A stretch of 64,000 nucleotides of DNA from a virus: IMG/VR virus record IMGVR_UViG_3300009082_000018, positions 45,594 through 109,593 of that record, one strand, 5' to 3'. This document shows positions 54,183 to 63,884 of the stretch, one piece after another. The notes under the pieces were generated by a model. The model was given only the letters and a program-made list of their open reading frames with translations, ran no database searches and was not told where the DNA came from. Both the position numbers and the translations under genes were made by a program. Every line of letters starts with the position of its first letter. Positions within the stretch are counted from its first letter, which is position 1.

Positions 54183-54410
54183 TCAGTCTTCCTGGTTGTT
54201 TCTGACCTCATCCTCGAGGTAGCTGACTGCCTCGTTTGGCAATGTTGTGGTGGCACGAAGTACCTTCAGCTCGAGGGGCTTGGCTAGCTCTTCAAGCTTG
54301 GCCTGCAATGCATCGGCCTGGTCGTCATTGGTGACGGTGCAAACCTGGATGTCCACGTTTCGGCCGATCTGGCTGATCCCAACCACCATGAAAGTAACCA
54401 TTGCCATCAC
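54183..54410 (-). CDS. Hypothetical protein
   Basis: ORF. Confidence 0.5.
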   Translation of the reverse strand: MMAMVTFMVVGISQIGRNVDIQVCTVTNDDQADALQAKLEELAKPLELKVLRATTTLPNEAVSYLEDEVRNNQED

Positions 54411-54416
54411 GCCCTC

Positions 54417-54809
54417 TTAGTTCAGTTGGTTCTCGCTGCAGGGTGCTTTGTGTCCGCCACGCAGCTTGCAGTAGTCCTTGTGTTCACAGTCCTTGCAGTC
54501 CTCATTCTCGTCGACACTGGCCTCCATGTCAGCCACAGCGCCAACCAGCTTGCCGAGAACAGCAGAGGCCAGGCGCCAGTAGATGATCCCGTACCTTTTT
54601 GATACGTAGCTGCATTCCTCTAGGATCCGATTCATGAGCTGGTCGTTGAATCGATCCAGGTCTGTTGGTTGGAGATGCCTCTTGATGTCCACGAGGCATT
54701 CTCCGAAGATCGAGTTGAGAAGGTGCTCTCCGGCGTCTTTCTCTCTCATGTCCACTTTGTAGCCGGTGCTGAGGGTGACGTACTTGGACCTGGACTTTGG
54801 ACGGGCCAC
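54417..54809 (-). CDS. Hypothetical protein
   Basis: ORF with AGGAG SD. Confidence 0.6.
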   Translation of the reverse strand: MARPKSRSKYVTLSTGYKVDMREKDAGEHLLNSIFGECLVDIKRHLQPTDLDRFNDQLMNRILEECSYVSKRYGIIYWRLASAVLGKLVGAVADMEASVDENEDCKDCEHKDYCKLRGGHKAPCSENQLN

Positions 54810-54818
54810 GGTGATCTC

Positions 54819-55256
54819 CTAGTCGCTGCTGTCGACTACGTTGAGGTGTCCGCACTTGGTGCAAACGCTCACATGATAGCAGCGTCCGCCGTGGTAGATA
54901 CCTCTTTTTTGGCACTCCTCGGAGCTGATCCCTTGGTACGTGTGCTTGCAGCCGAAGCGGAAGTAGGAGATCTTCTCGCCCCAGTAGTTGCAGACGATCC
55001 CGATTCCGGTTCCGTCGTCGTAGAAGTACAGCCACGCGTCGACCATGGTGCGGTTCTTGCCACTGGTGGGGAGCATCTGTCGGTGTTCGATGAACAGGGG
55101 TGCGTAGCTGCTGAAGCGAGTGTCCTGGACCAGCTCCTTGATGGTGATCTTGGTCCAGCCCGGAGGGAAGTCGTTGTAGCTGCCCCACTTCTCTTCGTGA
55201 TCTTTCGGAGGGTTCTTGCTCTCGAGCTTGCTGATCATTGGCTTCTCCTCAATCAC
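54819..55256 (-). CDS. Hypothetical protein
   Basis: ORF downstream of a motif copy. Confidence 0.6.
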   Translation of the reverse strand: MIEEKPMISKLESKNPPKDHEEKWGSYNDFPPGWTKITIKELVQDTRFSSYAPLFIEHRQMLPTSGKNRTMVDAWLYFYDDGTGIGIVCNYWGEKISYFRFGCKHTYQGISSEECQKRGIYHGGRCYHVSVCTKCGHLNVVDSSD

Positions 55257-55269
55257 GGTATCGTCGATC

Positions 55270-55513
55270 TCACTTTTCCTGGGTCAGCTCTTCCGGGTAG
55301 TACTCCAGCCCGCAGTATCCGCACCACGTTGATCCGTTCTTGTCTTCCTTGGCCTGTCTCTCGCCACACTCTCTGCATGGCGGACCCGAGGGAGCTGGCT
55401 CTGGGCTCTCGCTCTTCTCACAGAGCCTCTTGAGGGCCTCCTTGTCGGTCATGCCGGGCTTGAGAATCCCAGCTTGCCGAAGGATCGCTCTCTCTGTCTG
55501 GGTCAGTGCCATC
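55270..55513 (-). CDS. Hypothetical Zn-ribbon protein
   Basis: CREC...CGYC. Confidence 0.5.
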
Positions 55514-55673
55514 ATTTCCTCTCGTTCTCGTCTCTGCCTAGAAGGGACAACATGCGTTGGAGAGCCTGCTGCTCGAAGGTGGTTAGATCGTCCTTCTCCA
55601 TCGAGAGTAGCTGCTGCACCAGGTCTTCCGTGACCTTGATGAATCTCTCGTGGGTGCTGACCTTGGCCATGGT

Positions 55674-56366
55674 TCACTCCGCATCCCAGTTGATGCCGCT
55701 GACAGCGTCCTCGGCTTCCTGTCGCCACTCGTCCTCGTCCTTGACCTTCTCCACCTTGTCCTCTTCTTTTAGCATCCCAGGAGATAGACGGATGGACTCG
55801 CTCTCTTCTGACGTCGGCTTGATCGTAATTCTTTGTCCTCCGATGGTGGGGTCTTCGTCCACCTCGGTGACCTTGTACTCGTCCTCGTGGTAGGTCACCA
55901 GGTCGCCCACCTCGAATGTCTCGTCGTCGTTTTCCTCGAATCGGCTCTTGATCTCTTCGAGGGTGCTGATAGCATCGTCCAGCTCGCCCATGGTGCTTTC
56001 GCAGTTCTCGGCACGGGCCTGGATCAGATCGATGGTCGGGCTGCCACCTGGGAAGGCGTTCTCGAGGTTGCTGACCTTGTCCTCGCAGTCGCTCTGCAGT
56101 TGTTCCAGCTCGCTTTTGGCTTCCTCGCAGGCGGAAATGAGATCATCGATCTCGCCGAAGTCGCTGATGGCTGCGTCGAAACTCTCCTGCGTCGAGTAGT
56201 AGCTCGAGAGGAAGTCGCTTTGCGTGAGTTGCGATGCCTTGGGGTAGGTCTTGCTCATGTGCTTTCCGCCGTAGCGGAACGCCCACCAGTAGTAGGACTC
56301 GCCTTTCTTGATCCCTTTCTCCGGGTAGTCCTTCTGGGCCTTCTTGACCTGGTGAACGCGTGGCAT
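55674..56366 (-). CDS. Hypothetical acidic coiled-coil protein
   Basis: ORF from MPRVH with AAGGAG SD. Confidence 0.65.
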   Translation of the reverse strand: MPRVHQVKKAQKDYPEKGIKKGESYYWWAFRYGGKHMSKTYPKASQLTQSDFLSSYYSTQESFDAAISDFGEIDDLISACEEAKSELEQLQSDCEDKVSNLENAFPGGSPTIDLIQARAENCESTMGELDDAISTLEEIKSRFEENDDETFEVGDLVTYHEDEYKVTEVDEDPTIGGQRITIKPTSEESESIRLSPGMLKEEDKVEKVKDEDEWRQEAEDAVSGINWDAE

Positions 56367-56367
56367 G

Positions 56368-56661
56368 TCAGGCTCCTTTCTGAAGTTCGATGAAGGACTG
56401 GATCTCACCGGGAAGGACGATCTCGTATGGCACCACGGGACCGACGAGGCTGGGCCAGTGGTGTGTCGTCCTCAGGACATGTTTCTTGCCCTTGTACTCG
56501 ACCCAGAGGTAGGTCTGCTTGGCGATGACGCTGGTGCAGCAGCCGTTGAAGGAAGGTCCGTAGTAGGAGGACTGGTGGACCTTTCGGATGATCGTTCCGA
56601 TGTCCTTCTCTCGTCCTTGGTTTCCACACTCGAACTGACTGACCAGGATTGGGCACATCAT
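56368..56661 (-). CDS. Hypothetical protein
   Basis: ORF downstream of a motif copy. Confidence 0.55.
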   Translation of the reverse strand: MMCPILVSQFECGNQGREKDIGTIIRKVHQSSYYGPSFNGCCTSVIAKQTYLWVEYKGKKHVLRTTHHWPSLVGPVVPYEIVLPGEIQSFIELQKGA

Positions 56662-56709
56662 GTTGTCCTCTCTCTCTCGGTAGTGGTCTCGACTAAAGTA
56701 TCGTCGATC

Positions 56710-56946
56710 TCACTTTTCCTCCCACTTGAAGTAGAATCTTGGTCCGTGCTGGAACATCAAGGAGCCTTCCTTGCCGTCGCTCCTGCGACGCACCTCGACA
56801 AAGGGGGCACCAAAGGCAAGTACCTCGAAGTCCCGTTGCAGCTCCTCGGTGTTCCAGACTTGGCCATACTTCTCCTCAAGGGTCTGCCGGTCGGACTGTG
56901 GAGCGTTGATCTCAGCCTGTAGCATGCGTTGAAGGGTTTCTGACAT
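56710..56946 (-). CDS. Hypothetical protein
   Basis: ORF with SD, downstream of a motif copy. Confidence 0.65.
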   Translation of the reverse strand: MSETLQRMLQAEINAPQSDRQTLEEKYGQVWNTEELQRDFEVLAFGAPFVEVRRRSDGKEGSLMFQHGPRFYFKWEEK

Positions 56947-56991
56947 GTGTTGCTCCTTTGTCCGACTACGGTATCATCGATCTCAGTTTTC

Positions 56992-57213
56992 CTAGCCCTC
57001 GATGTAGAGGCACCAGGTGTGTTTGCACTCGAGGCACTCTACTTCGTAGTAGAGGAAGTCGCTGTAGCCGACGGCTCGATGCGTGCATTTGACGTTGCAA
57101 CTGCAGTTGCAGGGCTTGGTGTCCTCCTTCCACCACCAAGGACTCTGGAATCCGCGATCGTCGTCGATGTGCTCGGTGTGTGCGGACTTCCAGTTGACGA
57201 TCTGCCGTGCCAT
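56992..57213 (-). CDS. Hypothetical Cys-rich protein
   Basis: ORF with GAGGAG SD. Confidence 0.55.
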   Translation of the reverse strand: MARQIVNWKSAHTEHIDDDRGFQSPWWWKEDTKPCNCSCNVKCTHRAVGYSDFLYYEVECLECKHTWCLYIEG

Positions 57214-57515
57214 GTCAGTGCTCCTCGGTCAGTTTGTCCTTGGGCAGCAGCCGCACGTGGGTCAGGAAGAACTCCCTGGTGTCGCCGGTCGCGGACTCTG
57301 TGGCGATCCGGATCATAGAGGTGTCACTCGGCCCACTTCTGGACTCGACCCACGCAGCCATGATGGTGGCCTCGCAGTACTCCAGGTGCTGTGGTTCGAG
57401 GTCGTGCCGCTGGATCGTTGATCCTTCTTTGGTGACTGGCCACAGTTGTAGCAGTCCTTTCTTGGGTGCAACCTTGCGGCCGATCAGGTTAGTGTGCATT
57501 CCCTTGCTTGCCATT

Positions 57516-58286
57516 CTAGTCCTCCTCACCCAGCACCCACCGCAAGGCGTGCTTGAATCCGACCGACAGGCCCGGCTCATCGAGCTTGGCCAAGATCTCC
57601 TTGCGGCTCTTGGTCTTCGCCGAGGTCTTGCCCGTCTTCTTGGCCACCTTGCGAGCGGTGGGGCGCTTGTGTCCGTTGTTCTTGGCCTCCTCGAGGAGAC
57701 CGTCAAGGGTGCTTACCTGCTCGTCGGCGGGGAGGTCCGCCAGCTTGGCTGCGGCAGAGGCGGCGATCTTGCCCTCCTCCACGGCCTTGCGCACCGGAGC
57801 GGCGCAGGAGAGGAGCTTCATCCAGGCCTGCACGCAGTGCTTCGTCACGCCGAAGGTCACGGCGGCCTCTTCCTCGCTCCGGCCCATGGCCAGGTAGCGG
57901 GAGCACTTGTTGGCCCGGCCCAGCGGCGTGTCGTCCTGGCGGTTCTCGTTGGCACTGATGCTGACTCCGAACAGGTCGCTCTCGGTGCCCCGGCGCAGGA
58001 CAGCGGTCACCCGCACCGGCTCCTTGCCCTGGGCCTTCAGCCGCTTGTTGGCCTCGCGGGCGCAGCGGACGCGCTGCCGGCCGTCCACGACCACCGGCTT
58101 GTCCTGCTGCTTGACCACGACCACTGGCTCGATCACCCCCTGGAACATGATGTTGAGGACCAAGCCCTCGTCGAGGGGCAGGTTGATCCTGGGGTCGAAC
58201 ATGGGATGCTTGGGATCGTCGATCAGCACCAGCTCGTTGGGGTCGAAGGTGTAGGCGTTGGTGCGGTTCTCGAAGGCGGTCTTCAT
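57516..58286 (-). CDS. ParB/Srx N-terminal-domain protein
   Basis: GVIEPVVV, VVDGRQRVR, ANENRQD, HTH. Confidence 0.85.
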   Translation of the reverse strand: MKTAFENRTNAYTFDPNELVLIDDPKHPMFDPRINLPLDEGLVLNIMFQGVIEPVVVVKQQDKPVVVDGRQRVRCAREANKRLKAQGKEPVRVTAVLRRGTESDLFGVSISANENRQDDTPLGRANKCSRYLAMGRSEEEAAVTFGVTKHCVQAWMKLLSCAAPVRKAVEEGKIAASAAAKLADLPADEQVSTLDGLLEEAKNNGHKRPTARKVAKKTGKTSAKTKSRKEILAKLDEPGLSVGFKHALRWVLGEED

Positions 58287-58344
58287 TGTCTCTCTCCGTT
58301 GTTCGTTGTGTTCTCCGACCACGGTATCTTCGATCTCAGTTTTC

Positions 58345-59091
58345 CTAGCTGGCCTTCTTGTCCGCCCCCTCGCGAAGGAATGCCTTGGCTGTCTCGTTCT
58401 CGTAGCCAGTCGAGGGCCAGCGCGCCGGCAATCCAGACTGTTTGTTCTTGACCACGTAGTCGACGGCGTTGATCTTGAACATCTGACGTGCGGCCTCGCT
58501 GAATCGTCCCTCGACGTCCTGCTTCTCGAGGTCCGTCATTGTCTCGTCGAGGAGCTTGCTCGCTTGCACCTCCACCTCGGCCTTGAACTCGGCGATGAGG
58601 GCATCGAGCCTCTGCTGGTACCGCACCACGTCTTTGGCCTTCTTGTGGACCTCGGTGCTGTACCAGTCCAGCAGCTGCGCGGAGCGGCTGATGGTCAGCT
58701 CCTTGGCCTTCTGAGCCTCGTGGATGGTGTGGGCCTCGGCGTGGGCTGCTTTGACGGCTTCCAAGACCTGCTCGTCGGTGAGGGTGATCAGGCTGCGCAT
58801 GTGCTCGTCGTCTGGGATCAGGCTTGGCTTGTCCACCATGCTGACCACGCCGATTCGGATGGTGTAGTTCATGGCGGTGCGGCTGTAGCTGTAGCGACTG
58901 ATCTCCACCTTGGCGGAAGGCAGGTGCTTGGCCAGCACTTCTCGGAACAGTCCCACGGTGCCTTGATCCTTCTCCGGGTCGCCGATGCCATGGCAGCGAA
59001 CGGAGACAAAGCACTCCTTGCCGTATCGACGATCCCGGCGAGCGTCGATTTTGTTGAAGCGGGTTTCGATCTGGAAGAACTGGTCGGCCAT
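58345..59091 (-). CDS. Hypothetical protein
   Basis: ORF from MADQFF, GAGGAG SD. Confidence 0.65.
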   Translation of the reverse strand: MADQFFQIETRFNKIDARRDRRYGKECFVSVRCHGIGDPEKDQGTVGLFREVLAKHLPSAKVEISRYSYSRTAMNYTIRIGVVSMVDKPSLIPDDEHMRSLITLTDEQVLEAVKAAHAEAHTIHEAQKAKELTISRSAQLLDWYSTEVHKKAKDVVRYQQRLDALIAEFKAEVEVQASKLLDETMTDLEKQDVEGRFSEAARQMFKINAVDYVVKNKQSGLPARWPSTGYENETAKAFLREGADKKAS

Positions 59092-59329
59092 TTGTTTTCT
59101 CCTCGGTACCGGTATCGTCGATCTCACTTTACCAGGTCGACGGTGTGTCCTAGAGACTTGAGGTGCTCGAGGTACGCGTCCAGGTTGGTCCTGTAGTACT
59201 GACCTCGCTTATTGCCGTTGCCGTCGATCCAATCCAGAGTGAACTGCACGTTTCCATCTTTATCTGGTTTCGGATCTGTGATCTTCAGTTTGAAGTGCAT
59301 TGGCTGTTCTCTCCTTTGTTCCTAGCTAC

Positions 59330-61381
59330 CTACTCGTCCTTGGCCTCGCACTTGAGGATCGCCACCATAGTTTCTGGCAGCTGTCTGCGGTACTTTCGGA
59401 TCAGCTTCCGAGAGAACCAGACCTCTCCGTCCGTGAAGGGGCGAGCGAAACTACGCTTGGCCAACTCGTGGCCAGCTGCGGTGTCCAGCTTGTTGAAGCC
59501 GCAGCCGTCCTCGGTCCTGGCCCCATCGCACATGCCGGCGAGGGTGCGGATCCCCTGCATTGCTGCCTCGCGCTCTGCGTCGGTGGCCACCGGGTACTTG
59601 GCTGGCCGCTTGTCTGCATTGACACCACCACCCCCCTTGCTCGAGGGGACCACGGGGATGTTGACCAGGGTCGCGAGGTCCAGGGCCTTGTCGCTGATCT
59701 CCTGCTTTTCGACGATCAGCTCTGCCATTCGGCAGTCGAGGGAGCGGTCCATCACCAGGTGCTGCACCAGCACGCTGTTGACCTGGCCGATTCGGTGCGT
59801 CCGATCTTCGCACTGGCTGACCCATGCAGGAGTCCAGTCCAGCTCCGCGAAGACGACGTGGCAGGCAGCGGTGAGGGTCAGGCCAACCCCAGCGGCCTTG
59901 ATCCCGCCGATGAAGTAGCGGCAGCCGGGGTCCGTCTGGAAGCGATCCACCAGGGTCTGGCGCTTCATGGGATCGACGCGACCGTCGACAACCACTGCAG
60001 TCTGGCCGAATGCATTGGCCAGCGTGTCGATCACCTCGTGGTGATGGGCAAAGATCACGACCTTCTCGATCCCAGCCTCGGCCATGCCTTCCAGGTGCTC
60101 GATCACCTTGGGGAGCTTGGCGAGTGCAACAGCCTTGCGGGCGGCGCTGATCTGCTCGAAAGCCAGCTTGGCGCCCTCCTGCAGGGCGGCCACAGCGGCC
60201 TTGTAGGCCTCCTCGTCGCCGGACACTGCGGCGAGGTTCACGGCCAGTCGGAGAGCCTGCAGGTGCTCCTCCTGCTGCTCCCAGGCTGCATTCTCAGCGT
60301 CGACCACGGAGGCGTCGCCGTTCAGCGGGAGCACAACCACCTGGCGGCGCTTTGCTGGGAGATCTGTCAGCACGTCCTTCTTGAGCCGGCGGACCATGAT
60401 CGAGGAGCGGAGTCGCTGCTGCAGATCCTCGAGGTTCGAGGCGCCAGTGAAGTCCCAGACCCACTTGCGGCCAGCCTGGATCTGCTTTCCGTCGCAGTAC
60501 TTCTTGCCGAATGCAAAGGCGCTATGCCAGGCCTTGTTGTCGAGTGCATGCAGGAGCGGGAAGGCCTCCATGGGCCTGTTGAGGATCGGGGTTCCCGTGA
60601 GGAGGAGAACGCGACCTGCCACCTGATCCACCAGGCCAGGCTTGCGCGGCGAAGTCTCGGCCCAGCCGGTGGGGGTCTTCTTGAACTTGGCCTGGACTCC
60701 GAGGACACGCTGCGTGCGGAGTGCATCAGGGTTCTTGAGGTAGTGGGCCTCGTCGCAGATCATCACGCCCCACTGCCGGCCCATCAGGGACTCGAGGACT
60801 GCATCCTTGAGCCGGTCATAGTTCACGATCACGTAGTCCGCATTGGCAGGGATCGGGTTGCCATTCTCGACCACGTAGTAGGTCCAGGGTCGGGTGCTCC
60901 ACTTCTGAGACTCGCGCAGCCAGTTGACCCTGAGCGAGGCGGGGCAGATCACCAGGACGGACTTGATCTCGGGATCGTTGTTGCAGACACCGATGGCCTG
61001 GATCGTCTTACCGAGGCCCATTTCGTCTGCGACCAGCGTGCCCTTGCGACCGAGGGCGAAGGAGATGCCAGCCTTCTGGTATCCGAGGTACTCGAGGCCA
61101 GCGGGCTTGGCCAGGTCGACTGCTGCGTCGGTTGCCTTCGAAGCGGCCACGACCGTGAGGTGGGGGGTCAGTGCGTCCTTGGCAGCCTGGTCGCAGTACT
61201 GCTCGAGTCTGGCTGCCTTCTCGGCAAATGGGGTCCACCAGACCTTGCCCAGCTTCGCGGCGCACGCCTTGCAGCCGGGCTTGCAGTTGCCACCGTGCCA
61301 CCAGAAGCCAGCGGCCTTGGGGATCGACTTGTTCTCGAAGCTGAAGTTGGCGATCCAGATCCCGTTTTGGAAGGTGACCAT
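59330..61381 (-). CDS. SNF2-family (SMARCAL1/HARP-like) helicase
   Basis: ADEMGLGKT, CDEAH, LTGTPILNRP, GVGLTL, QCEDRTHRIGQ. Confidence 0.93.
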   Translation of the reverse strand: MVTFQNGIWIANFSFENKSIPKAAGFWWHGGNCKPGCKACAAKLGKVWWTPFAEKAARLEQYCDQAAKDALTPHLTVVAASKATDAAVDLAKPAGLEYLGYQKAGISFALGRKGTLVADEMGLGKTIQAIGVCNNDPEIKSVLVICPASLRVNWLRESQKWSTRPWTYYVVENGNPIPANADYVIVNYDRLKDAVLESLMGRQWGVMICDEAHYLKNPDALRTQRVLGVQAKFKKTPTGWAETSPRKPGLVDQVAGRVLLLTGTPILNRPMEAFPLLHALDNKAWHSAFAFGKKYCDGKQIQAGRKWVWDFTGASNLEDLQQRLRSSIMVRRLKKDVLTDLPAKRRQVVVLPLNGDASVVDAENAAWEQQEEHLQALRLAVNLAAVSGDEEAYKAAVAALQEGAKLAFEQISAARKAVALAKLPKVIEHLEGMAEAGIEKVVIFAHHHEVIDTLANAFGQTAVVVDGRVDPMKRQTLVDRFQTDPGCRYFIGGIKAAGVGLTLTAACHVVFAELDWTPAWVSQCEDRTHRIGQVNSVLVQHLVMDRSLDCRMAELIVEKQEISDKALDLATLVNIPVVPSSKGGGGVNADKRPAKYPVATDAEREAAMQGIRTLAGMCDGARTEDGCGFNKLDTAAGHELAKRSFARPFTDGEVWFSRKLIRKYRRQLPETMVAILKCEAKDE

Positions 61382-61412
61382 GTGTCTCTCCTCGGTTCCG
61401 GTATCGTCGATC

Positions 61413-61547
61413 TCAGTTTTCCAGCCCGGTCTTGCCCCTGCAGGCCTTCCGGTTGGCGTCCTTCTTGCGGTTCCGGAAGCGGGAGGCCTTCCTCATGAGA
61501 GCGTCGAGAGCGTGAGGGTTTCGGCGTTTGGGCTGTTGCAGTTTCAT
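61413..61547 (-). CDS. 44-aa basic peptide (MKLQQPKRRNPHALDALMRKASRFRNRKKDANRKACRGKTGLEN)
   Basis: Read by hand; lies between two motif copies. Confidence 0.55.
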   Translation of the reverse strand: MKLQQPKRRNPHALDALMRKASRFRNRKKDANRKACRGKTGLEN

Positions 61548-61965
61548 GGCGCGGGTATCGTCGATCTCAGTTTTCCAGTTGTAGCAGCGGAGATCAACAA
61601 TTCAAGATCAATAAATAGACTTCTGAATCATCTCCCCCTCGTTATTGTCGATCTCAGTTTACCTGGCTGGGCGCCAGGCTACTTCGAGGCCTCTCAGGCC
61701 TCGCCAGAGGCATCGGTTGATCGCCTAATCCCCTGGCACTAACCCAACCTCAAACGTGCCTCCTTGAGCCTCCCAGAGCGTCTGGGAGGCATTCATGATC
61801 AACCTCCTTGCCGTTTCTTCTTGCTCTCGATGAGGTCAAGCACCTGGTGTTTGGGTTGGCCTCCAGCCACGCACCGCACACCTCCTGGTCCTAGGTGTGG
61901 CATGAGCCTGTCACTCATTGAGAAGCCGACTATGCTCCCGCACCATGGACACTTGATTTTGTTTT

Positions 61966-62181
61966 TCACAGCTTCACCCTGTATAGGCCTTTCGGTCCTA
62001 GCGCTGTGCGCAGCCAGGCCAGCTCCCAGCCCTCGCCGCACCAGGACAGATCGTCACCACGCAGCCAGGCCCAGCACAGCTTGTTTTTCCAGTAGCGACC
62101 CTCCATTGCCTTGTACTTGCGCAGGGCAGTCTTGCAGCCAGGGTGATCCTCGAGTAGTTGCTGATCAGTGTTCATTCCCAT
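61966..62181 (-). CDS. Hypothetical protein
   Basis: ORF. Confidence 0.5.
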   Translation of the reverse strand: MGMNTDQQLLEDHPGCKTALRKYKAMEGRYWKNKLCWAWLRGDDLSWCGEGWELAWLRTALGPKGLYRVKL

Positions 62182-62362
62182 CTACCTCCTCGTCCTCTCC
62201 GTCACAGTGGCAGTCATTGCAGTGGTAGTCCTGGCAGATCTCGCAGTAGAACCATTGGCCATAGGTGCCACACTCTCGGCAGGGAACGCAGCACAGCCCG
62301 TCGTCGGGGGCGAAGCGCTGGCCACAGCCAGGGCAGCGTGCGGTGATAGAGAAGTCACTCAT
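62165..62362 (-). CDS. Cys-rich small protein
   Basis: Multiple CxxC. Confidence 0.5.
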   Translation of the reverse strand: MSDFSITARCPGCGQRFAPDDGLCCVPCRECGTYGQWFYCEICQDYHCNDCHCDGEDEEVDGNEH

Positions 62363-62372
62363 GGGCTACCTC

Positions 62373-62588
62373 TCACTCGGCGGCGTTCTTGCACCAGTAG
62401 TGCCACTCTTCGACCGTCAGGTCGAACTCCCGGATGATGGCCTCGATCCTGGGATTGATGATCTGAGAGGTGGGCCACGGCATGTAGGGCCGCTCTCGGT
62501 CGTTCAGATCCCACATACGCTGGATCGCCTTGGCCAGCTCGAGGCCTCGGGAGTAGTGCTCGACGCTGCGCTCGGAACGGATAGCCAT
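62373..62588 (-). CDS. Hypothetical protein
   Basis: ORF with AGGAG SD. Confidence 0.55.
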   Translation of the reverse strand: MAIRSERSVEHYSRGLELAKAIQRMWDLNDRERPYMPWPTSQIINPRIEAIIREFDLTVEEWHYWCKNAAE

Positions 62589-62591
62589 AGG

Positions 62592-62999
62592 CTACTCCTT
62601 GATCCAGGTAGCAGAGTCAAGCTCAGCCTGAACTGCCACAACGGGATCGTCTGGACCCAGCACGCGCTCGATCAGCGTCTGGGCTCGCTTGCTGGGGGTC
62701 TTGGTCAGGAAGCCCCGCCCTCTGCCGGCGTGGTAGTTGTAGCCCTCGGGCAGCTGATCCATGGTCGGATCTAGCACTGCGCCAGTCTCGTCCTCCAGCC
62801 ACCAGTGCATGCCCTGGCCCAGCTTTCCGCTGTGTGGGGTGAGGCCTGACTCCTTGCCGCCGAGGAGGTGGTAGAGAGCCTCACTTGCCACGTAGCAGTG
62901 ACCAGCGACGGGATTGGCCTCGGCTGGGGTTTCGACCTTTCGCAGGTCTGGGGTCAGGTTGGAGCGGATCGAAGCGATGAGGTACAAGAGGCGGTCCAT
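62592..62999 (-). CDS. Hypothetical protein (C-H-D motif, transglutaminase/papain-like possible)
   Basis: GHCYVASEALYHLLGG, HWWL, LDPT. Confidence 0.65.
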   Translation of the reverse strand: MDRLLYLIASIRSNLTPDLRKVETPAEANPVAGHCYVASEALYHLLGGKESGLTPHSGKLGQGMHWWLEDETGAVLDPTMDQLPEGYNYHAGRGRGFLTKTPSKRAQTLIERVLGPDDPVVAVQAELDSATWIKE

Positions 63000-63041
63000 T
63001 ATGATCTCCTTTTGGCCTCGATATCGTCGATCTCAGTTTTC

Positions 63042-63305
63042 CTATGTCACGACTAGGTGGTATCGTCCTGCTCTCGAGTGAGCCACTGTTGCCACGTTGT
63101 CGTAGCTCTCGCTAGCTGGTTGATCCTCGAGGCCTTCTTTCCACACAACCACGTCGTGACGCGTGGCCTCGTGGTGGTAGGTGATCGTCGATCCGTTGCC
63201 AAGGCAGCTGACCAGCATAGCAGCCTCCTCGACGTGCAGGCAGGCAGCGCGGATCTGGTTATCCATCCACACTCGCCAGACCAGCATTGACAGCTCGTAG
63301 CCCAT
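63042..63305 (-). CDS. Hypothetical protein
   Basis: ORF with GAGGAGG SD. Confidence 0.55.
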   Translation of the reverse strand: MGYELSMLVWRVWMDNQIRAACLHVEEAAMLVSCLGNGSTITYHHEATRHDVVVWKEGLEDQPASESYDNVATVAHSRAGRYHLVVT

Positions 63306-63317
63306 GAGATCCTCCTC

Positions 63318-63620
63318 TCAGATCAGGTTGCAAAGTAGCTTGGCAGCAGCCAGGATCGGATCGTTGTTGTCGCGACTGATCCCAGTCCCCATTGCGGTGT
63401 AGTTGTTGTCCCGGTAGTAGCGGTGAACGCTTCCCAGCTTTGCATCCCAGCTGTCCCCGTGGATATCGGCGACGTATGGAAAGCAGTCGTCGCTTTCCTG
63501 CTCTGGCCGGCGGATCAGGCGGAAGGTGTAGCCCATAAGCTTGAAAGATCCATCCTCGAGGATCTCCACCTTCGCCTGCTCGCCTGACCAGTCCTCCCGG
63601 GTGATCGTGACGGTTTGCAT
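63318..63620 (-). CDS. Hypothetical protein
   Basis: ORF with AGGAG SD. Confidence 0.55.
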   Translation of the reverse strand: MQTVTITREDWSGEQAKVEILEDGSFKLMGYTFRLIRRPEQESDDCFPYVADIHGDSWDAKLGSVHRYYRDNNYTAMGTGISRDNNDPILAAAKLLCNLI

Positions 63621-63623
63621 TGG

Positions 63624-63884
63624 CTACTCCTGCGCCTTGGCGATCTCGGTTGCCTCGCTGTAGGCTCTGCTGTAGCGTGTCATGCTCTCGTCTGCATTGA
63701 TCCCGGTGAGGTGGGCGATCTGCGTGGCGAACAGGATCGCGATCGGGTGCCGGTTGCGGCTGTCAGTGTCCAACCCCTCGGCGCACAGGGCGCGCATTGC
63801 CTCGGCGAAGCTGATCACCACTCCGGACAGGTTGCAGGCGCTTTGGACGGCCAGTGCATTGTGCCAGTGCTTTGCGTCGATCAT
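63624..63884 (-). CDS. Hypothetical protein
   Basis: ORF with AGGAGG SD. Confidence 0.6.
   Translation of the reverse strand: MIDAKHWHNALAVQSACNLSGVVISFAEAMRALCAEGLDTDSRNRHPIAILFATQIAHLTGINADESMTRYSRAYSEATEIAKAQE

Larger units (their letters stand above)
39043..63043 (-). promoter_or_regulatory. Dispersed ~23-bp motif AGGAAAASTGAGATCGANNATAC, 13 copies (39043, 40559, 52587, 54171, 55257, 56697, 56970, 58323, 59111, 61400, 61554, 61642, 63020)
   Basis: Read directly; all in the same orientation, nearly all just upstream of a minus-strand gene start. Confidence 0.8.

Noticed and set aside
59300-61498. Long antisense ORFs (732 aa here; also 24836-26308 and 57207-58451)
   Set aside because: Antisense shadows of GC3-rich real genes
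52587-63043. 23-bp motif as CRISPR repeats or att sites
   Set aside because: Irregular spacing of 0.1-2.3 kb, nearly always 5' of gene starts, and no integrase in the window
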